A DNA stretch of 54,645 nt, counting the filler, from Sphacelaria rigidula (lineage: Eukaryota): NCBI GenBank assembly GCA_964200075.2. It is 4 parts of 4 records of this genome, joined end to end, with 100 filler letters (N's around TTAATTAATTAA, not from the genome) between each part and the next. Parts side by side here need not be neighbours in the genome. Positions count along the whole stretch, not along the records: positions 41,063 to 54,645 come from CAXNAA020002787.1; 3 more parts are not named here. One strand, given 5' to 3'. Each line of letters begins with the position of its first letter. The first letter of the stretch is position 1. The notes under the pieces were generated by a model that ran no database searches, was not told the origin of the DNA, and worked only from the letters and a program-made list of their open reading frames with translations. Made by a program: the position numbers and the translations under genes. Of the stretch, positions 48,650-54,645 are shown piece by piece.

Positions 48650-50900
48650 AACCGGTAGAATACCCTCACATTGGGGAAATTTTCCCGACCTCGCAGAAAA
48701 CCTGTGCAAATTTGGAAGTATTTGTTTTAACTGACCGATATCTGACAGCGCTTCGAACTCATCCGCTCTGATTCTGGTCTGTTCGAGAGTGCTGGAAAGA
48801 GAAGAAGGGTGTCCCCTGTCTTCGTCGGCGGTTTTCCCGACGATCACAATCATTTTTGTCTGTGCAGAGTGTCATCCGTGCAGACGCCTAGATGGTAATC
48901 AACATCTCCCGAATCTCAGTATGCATGCACACATGTGCCAACCTGTTCAAGTTGAATCTATTTGTTATTGCAGCACCATCGCCCTTGCTGGCATGTTTGT
49001 GACAGAGAACAGTATTAGCGGTGACGGGATCATTGCCCTATTTATCAACATGTTTTTCAGCGCATAGAGGCGCGTCTTGTCCAAAAGGAGAGGCAGAGAG
49101 AAATCGATCTTCGCCTTGGTGAGCTCGACAGGCAAGAAGAGACGAAATATCTCCGCAGCTCGATGTTCTGGCACATGGAAAATTGGGCACATGCTGGTAA
49201 TTTCGATGATGCCTGTCTCTCGAACGACTGGTAATCCCCGAGCGAGGACACACAAGGGACACGGGCGAGGAGCTTCCTCTCTGTCGTTGCTTCTCTCTCG
49301 GGTGATATCGTCATCAACACGTGTGTACACCGCATTCGTTTGGTGCACCTAGCCACAGCTGCTCAACTACTGCGGACATTTGGGGGGAAGATGGCTTCGC
49401 TCGGTCGTAAGTGTTTCGCATCATTCCTGCAAAAAAGAAATTCCGCTTCAATATCATTTTCGAGATGGACCCTATTTTCCAGGATCCATTGCTAGTTGTT
49501 GTTCGCCTTTGCCAAGGCAAAATAGTCCGAGAGGTCACACGCCGGGACTTTTTAGATTCCAGTAGGTCTTCTGTGGTTCACTTGGTCTTATACGGATATT
49601 TTGCAGTGGAGGTGCCCTCTTTCGTGAAGATCTTTTGCGCCTTTTGCGGGCTGTTTCAGTTATGGGTATGGGTCGCATGCTCCTTGCACTGTGACAACGG
49701 GTTCGAGAGATCGAGCTAATGTGTCGGACATTATAATCGCCGCTTGACCATTAACCACGCCCCCCTTTCGAGCCGGAGCACGATACAGGGTATGAAAGTA
49801 GACTCCATGTTCGATCGGGGCTAGCTAGGCTGCTCTCAACCGGCATGCGAGGTGGAATACTTGCAAGATAGTACAACGACAATCTCCTTTGTTTACAGGG
49901 TGTAATGTTGATTCTTGGGGAGCTCGTGTCCACACTGTAATGCGTGGGAGAACCGTGTGCTTGGGGGACCGCATCGTAATTTCAACATCCCTTTGGTCAA
50001 GGTTAGTGTTGAAGTGAAGGTCAGGAGTGCGATCCCTCCAGAGACTGAACCTAACGGCCTTGAAAAACGTCGACCCTGGGGTGCTCAAATTCCGATGCGG
50101 TCCAAAAAGCATCCTCCCACAGATGACACTGCTTCCAAAAACAATTCACGCACCCCACTTTGATCAGGACACGACGCACTGCTGTGTGCCAGACAAGCTT
50201 AGATGTATGCGTCTCCTAGAACTCGCGCGCCCTACTTCATTCAGGCCGAGACGCATTGCTGGAGTGTCAGATGTGCACAAATGTCGTGCCGCCTTGGTTT
50301 TGACTCAGCTCACGCTGTTCCCAAGCACAAGTTCCCTGGTAGTCCAAATTGCTGCTGTTCCAAGCTGGGAGCGTCCCTCCAGGACAAAGGCTGGCGCTGG
50401 TGGTGGTTAAGCCTTCCGAATAGACACGTTGGCTTAAGAGTATAGGTAGATAATGGCTTCGAAGGTGCCGCCTGCGGGCAAACAAGTCTGGAACAACCCA
50501 CTGTGCTGTACAGTGTGCAGGAGAGTACACGGGGGAGGTCACGCCCACTTCAAAGTGGAATGTTGGTGACAATCCCGTGATGACCGATGACCACTGTGCC
50601 GCATCTCCTACTTCATACGTACTTTATTTCAAGATGCTATTATAGTTGTCTCCGCATCTCACACAGAACACCATTTACAAATCGTTGACTTCATGAGCTC
50701 CAAGGTCTCATTCCTAACAAGTGGAACGGGGAATAGGTTTTTCGGGATCCCGCGGGCCAAACCATGGAGCTCAAAGTCCTCTCTGCTTTGGACTGTATGA
50801 TGCCATGAGGCTATGAGGTGGTACCGCATTTCCTTGGCCCCGGTCTTCTGCACACCCATGAGTCAGTAGCCTTTCGTGCGCCTGTATCTGTCTCCTTAAC
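48650..50900 (-). mobile_element. Decayed MULE (FAR1-like/SWIM) transposase remnant
   Basis: GWHMCACILRFGRC*LPSRR (48884-48945): TGA, TCT and CGT are each one base from GGA, TGT and CAT, giving the SWIM motif CxC...GLPCRH. Also ARC...MRCT-RVD (cf. STQRVES), KIFTKE and KSTICKW. Confidence 0.45.
49741..49781 (-). repeat. Family A short element, 3'-truncated
   Basis: Reverse complement gtgctccggctcgaaaggggggcgtggttaatggtcaagcg. Confidence 0.7.
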
Positions 50901-52681
50901 CGGGCGATGCCCTTAATCTGCCACAGATCCTTCCAAGATCCGTAGACTTGCAGCCCGTAGCCTCGAGACGATTACGCCTTGTTGTAATTTGTGGGTGATC
51001 ACTGAAACTAGCTCAGCTAACCCCTCTTCCATGGATTGTTACGCACCTGTTACGGCGGATATCGACTGTATATATAATAGGCGTTTCGACGTACGCGTGG
51101 GAAGTGCAGTAAGTCGTATTCCATTCGCATGTTGGTGTTGTAATCCAATGGGGCATCCTTTACCGGAGCCCCTCGCCCCTCACAACTTCCATCACCCAGC
51201 AACTTCAGTTGTAGCTAACCAGTAGCCAAGCCTAACGACAAAGCCATCGGCCACCACTTGGAGACATCTCGCTTGCAAGCAAGTCAAGAGCACCTCTCTG
51301 CACACGAGAGTGAGTCCCTGCTTGGCCTTACGATGCAGTGCTGGTCGGACTCGAGGGTCTGTCACTCACGAGTTAAAGGGTGATTCCTCTCGACTGCAAT
51401 CGTTCAGTGCAGGCAGCAGCTAGCTTCGTGCTACCCCTTGCCTGGTATGTTCTTTGGGGGTGACACCGGTATCACCTCGTGATCAGACCACAACATGGTG
51501 ACCAATCGAGAATATAGGCAGTACTGCATAGTCACATCGCTGTAGAGCTGCACTGCTTTGCGGATTGTCTGCGTACTGGATAGCGCAACAATTGTGCCTT
51601 CGGTACGGCTTCAGGCGGACAGATAACCGACCGCGTGACAATTTTTTATTTTTATTTGTTTCACATTTTTCGTGACAGATCAGAGCTGTAACACGCAGTT
51701 GTCTCATGTGCTTGGTGCCTCCCGCACCAAAGCGGCACTGGAAGTGTATCCTGTTGTGCACTCTACCACACGGCCCTGCTTGTTCACGGTGTAGTCGCCC
51801 ACATGCACCATCTTTACAACAGAATGCTACAGATGGCATGCGGTCGCCTGTACACAAGCTTGCACTGGAGCGAACTTTGAAAATTCTGTTCACGCCTCTC
51901 AGTGCAGTACACATTCTTTCATAAGAGGTCTGGATGTTACTGTACAGTACAACGTGCAAATTGTGTACTAAGTACTTTGTAGGCTGCAGGTAAGTGCTGT
52001 TGTCCCACTACTAGAGAGTGAAGTGAAGTAGCCCGAGACGGTAACCGGCGAACAGGCGTGCGCAGAGTGCACATAGCCAGCAGTTGGGGGTGAAATCCAC
52101 CTGGAGGTAGGTATATACACAAGCTGTTGATTGCTTGCGAACAGTCAGATATTGGGAGACCGCACTCCGCGTGCAATGTGCGCGGTTCAGATGTGTCTTT
52201 CATGACACGCTCCTATTGGATCTGGTGCAGCGGTACCTACCCATGTTAGGCAGGTACGTGTTCGCATGGTGTTTGCACTGTGTTAGCCAGGTACATGATC
52301 GCACCGTGTTTGCACTGTACTGCATGCGGGGGCAGCGTGTTCACGCTGTCTGCAATTTCGTACCAAAGAACCCTGAGCGCACAAACAGGACTGCTCGAGC
52401 AGTTGGTCGGATCATTCTGTGTGAGTCCGAATGAATTTCTGACTAACATACGGGGCATCTATGCTGGAGTCATCCTGGGGGCGAAATATGTTCAACGCCC
52501 GGCAAATGACAAATGGCCCCTAGTATGATTGATTGATGTGCGGCATTGTGAAAAGTCATTGCGCGGGTCAAGTCGTGTGGATTCGCTTCCGTTTCTCGCC
52601 ACAACATGTCGCCACTGGATTGTCATTGTGTCGCCACTACATTGGGATCTTCTCATCGGCCTACCTTTCGACACATCATAT

Positions 52682-52800
52682 CGTCACTTCACCACATGGG
52701 ACCGTCACTACACTACATGGGACCGTCACTACACTACATGGGATCGTCACTACACTACATGGGACCGTCACTACACTGCAGAGGAACGCCACTACATGGG
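52682..52800. repeat. 21-bp minisatellite, about 5.5 units
   Basis: Unit cgtcactacactacatgggac at 52682, 52703, 52724, 52745 and 52766 (degenerate), with a partial unit at 52787. Confidence 0.92.
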
Positions 52801-54233
52801 TTTCTTCACGCCAGGAAACTTGGGGCAACCAGTGCCGTTGCTCGGCAGCAGTAGACACATCGATTGTATAAGATATTACGTGCAGGGCTCACGCCTTGAT
52901 CATATTGTTTTGTCCACCCTTTCTCTACTGTAGCGTTGCGTTTGACTCTTCCCTTCGCAGTGATCCACATTTCATTTTACTTTATTTTATTTTGTTCTAT
53001 TCTATTTTTATCCACTATTCAGGTCTTGATTGTTTTTGAGGTTTCGGAATTGCACACGAACATCGGGAGAGCACGCACTCATACTACGCCCCCCCGTCCG
53101 CCCCTGCCGCTTTTGTTGTTCGATTTTACTCGCTCCCTGTCGCCCCGAACGTGCCTGCCTAATGCCGCGAGTCATCCTATGGTCGTTGGCATCGCATCAT
53201 ACGATGTTTATTTCCTCTCCCGCTGGTATTTTTCTTGCTGTTGAATTTTTTCTCTTTCGCGATCACACTATTTTTATACTAGTGATCCCTTTCCCTCATC
53301 GTCTGCGTTTAGCACTCGTAGCCCACGATGCACTATTTGCGTCATCCTCTCCTTTCACCGACTCGATTTGTTTTTTCCGCTTTTGCCCCTGTCTGCCGTA
53401 TGGTACCCCTTGATTTTCTGCCGTTTTTCTCCTCTCTTTCTATATTTTCAGTTATATTCCCTCTACTCCCCGTGGCAATTTTACTCTACAGCCATCTTCG
53501 CTGTTTGTTTTTGCTACTTTCATGGTGCAAGCTACGGCCCCGCCCATCCATGGTGTTTTTTTGGCAAATATTTTGCTAGAGCCATTTTCTGACGCACGAA
53601 AGTATACCCCAGGTACATCTGTCTCGAGAAACCCGCGATGGCAAACTCCAGGGACGACCACTAAGCGCATCGAAAGCCAACTCGGGATAACGGGTGAGAT
53701 CGGGCATCGATAGCGGCTCCACCAATCGTAGCCAATGGCGGCTTGCTAGACATCTGGGAAGAGGGTGTAACCATATATTGGGATAGTTGTAGCGTAAGGT
53801 TAACAGGTGGGTGAATCAGAGAAACGGGAGCTAGTAGGCGTTCTGCTGGGCTCTCTTGACACTGGGCTGTTCTCCACGGACCCGAAGCAGGTTCTGGTCA
53901 CCATCAACGGTGAGCTACAAATAGCCCTTGTTTGAGAGTACTGTACTCCATTCGCAGTAAATCAACGCCACTTTTTTGTCGAGTAGCGTCACGTAGCTCC
54001 CCAAGTGGTAGACCCGAGACGGAACAGCACCGATCAATGTTCCGTAACAGGTGTGAGTACTGATCATTCCGCACAGTTAACGAAGGAACGAAGGTAGGCG
54101 AAGTGCTCTCCGCAGAGGGGGAAACGTCTACTTCATCGGACAGACCTCCAACTGGACACTGTAGACCCTTACCAACGCATCCACTCTAATCTCTAAGGAG
54201 ACCCTTTGAGAAAACAGGTGCAATCGGGCCTGA

Positions 54234-54307
54234 GGGGGGCGTACTCACTCATTGATCGCCTTAATCGTTCGACCACTGACCACGGATCCCTTTCGAGACG
54301 GAGCACC
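54234..54307 (-). repeat. Family A short element, diverged subfamily
   Basis: Reverse complement ggtgctccgtctcgaaagggatccgtggtcagtggtcgaacgattaaggcgatcaatgagtgagtacgcccccc. Confidence 0.8.
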
Positions 54308-54645
54308 GCTCCTACTCCTAGTAAAGACACCTTCAACATTCCGGCGCGCATCACGCTACTTCCACAACTCTTTACGTTCTTTCCACACATTGCACAAAAC
54401 ACTTTTACATATTTAATACATCAGACGATTTCATGCCACCTTCGTTCACGTCCCGTATTTCTCCCTCTAGCACGTCCCGTTCTTCCTTGCATAGTTCACA
54501 TTGTGCCACTTTATGACTTCTGCTCTCTATTGCTTTGCCACAGCGGCAGTTCTATCCATTTACTTCCTCCTTTTCCGAGAGTCATCCTACGATAGGGGGG
54601 GGGGGGTATTCGGTTGCACGCAAAAAGGCTTATAAACAACAAATT

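Noticed and set aside
52682..52800. CRISPR array
   Set aside because: The units are contiguous with no unique spacers, the context is eukaryotic, and there are no cas genes.

Overview
Eukaryotic nuclear DNA, most likely from a brown alga or related stramenopile (inferred from long TE-filled GT-AG introns, the transposon types and the gene set). It is not one locus. Three identical 100-nt spacers (44 N + TTAATTAATTAA + 44 N) join four contigs of 13590, 13589, 13583 and 13583 nt, apparently sorted by size, so adjacency across spacers carries no biological meaning. Contig 1 (1-13590) has nine exons of a CCP5/AGBL5-like tubulin deglutamylase (5'-partial, M14 motifs intact) and the last exon of a convergent JmjC/cupin protein. 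Contig 2 (13691-27279) has a 2.77-kb internal exon for an Arg/Ser/Asp-rich disordered protein, a decayed RTE LINE and a decayed SWIM + Ulp1-like DNA transposon. Contig 3 (27380-40962) has the last two exons of an MFS sugar porter, a decayed MuDR-like remnant and the 5' half of a Copia LTR retrotransposon. Contig 4 (41063-54645) has the last three exons of an ARMC6-like gene, with an antisense RTE LINE and a 232-bp TTAA-flanked piggyBac-type MITE in its introns, followed by a decayed MULE-SWIM remnant and a 21-bp minisatellite. I found no clear new multi-gene system. The best leads are (i) two related families of short, hairpin-forming, poly-C-associated interspersed elements, including a chimeric copy, and (ii) an HDV-like ribozyme core at the 5' end of an RTE LINE. 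All protein and TE assignments come from motifs recognised by eye, not from database searches.
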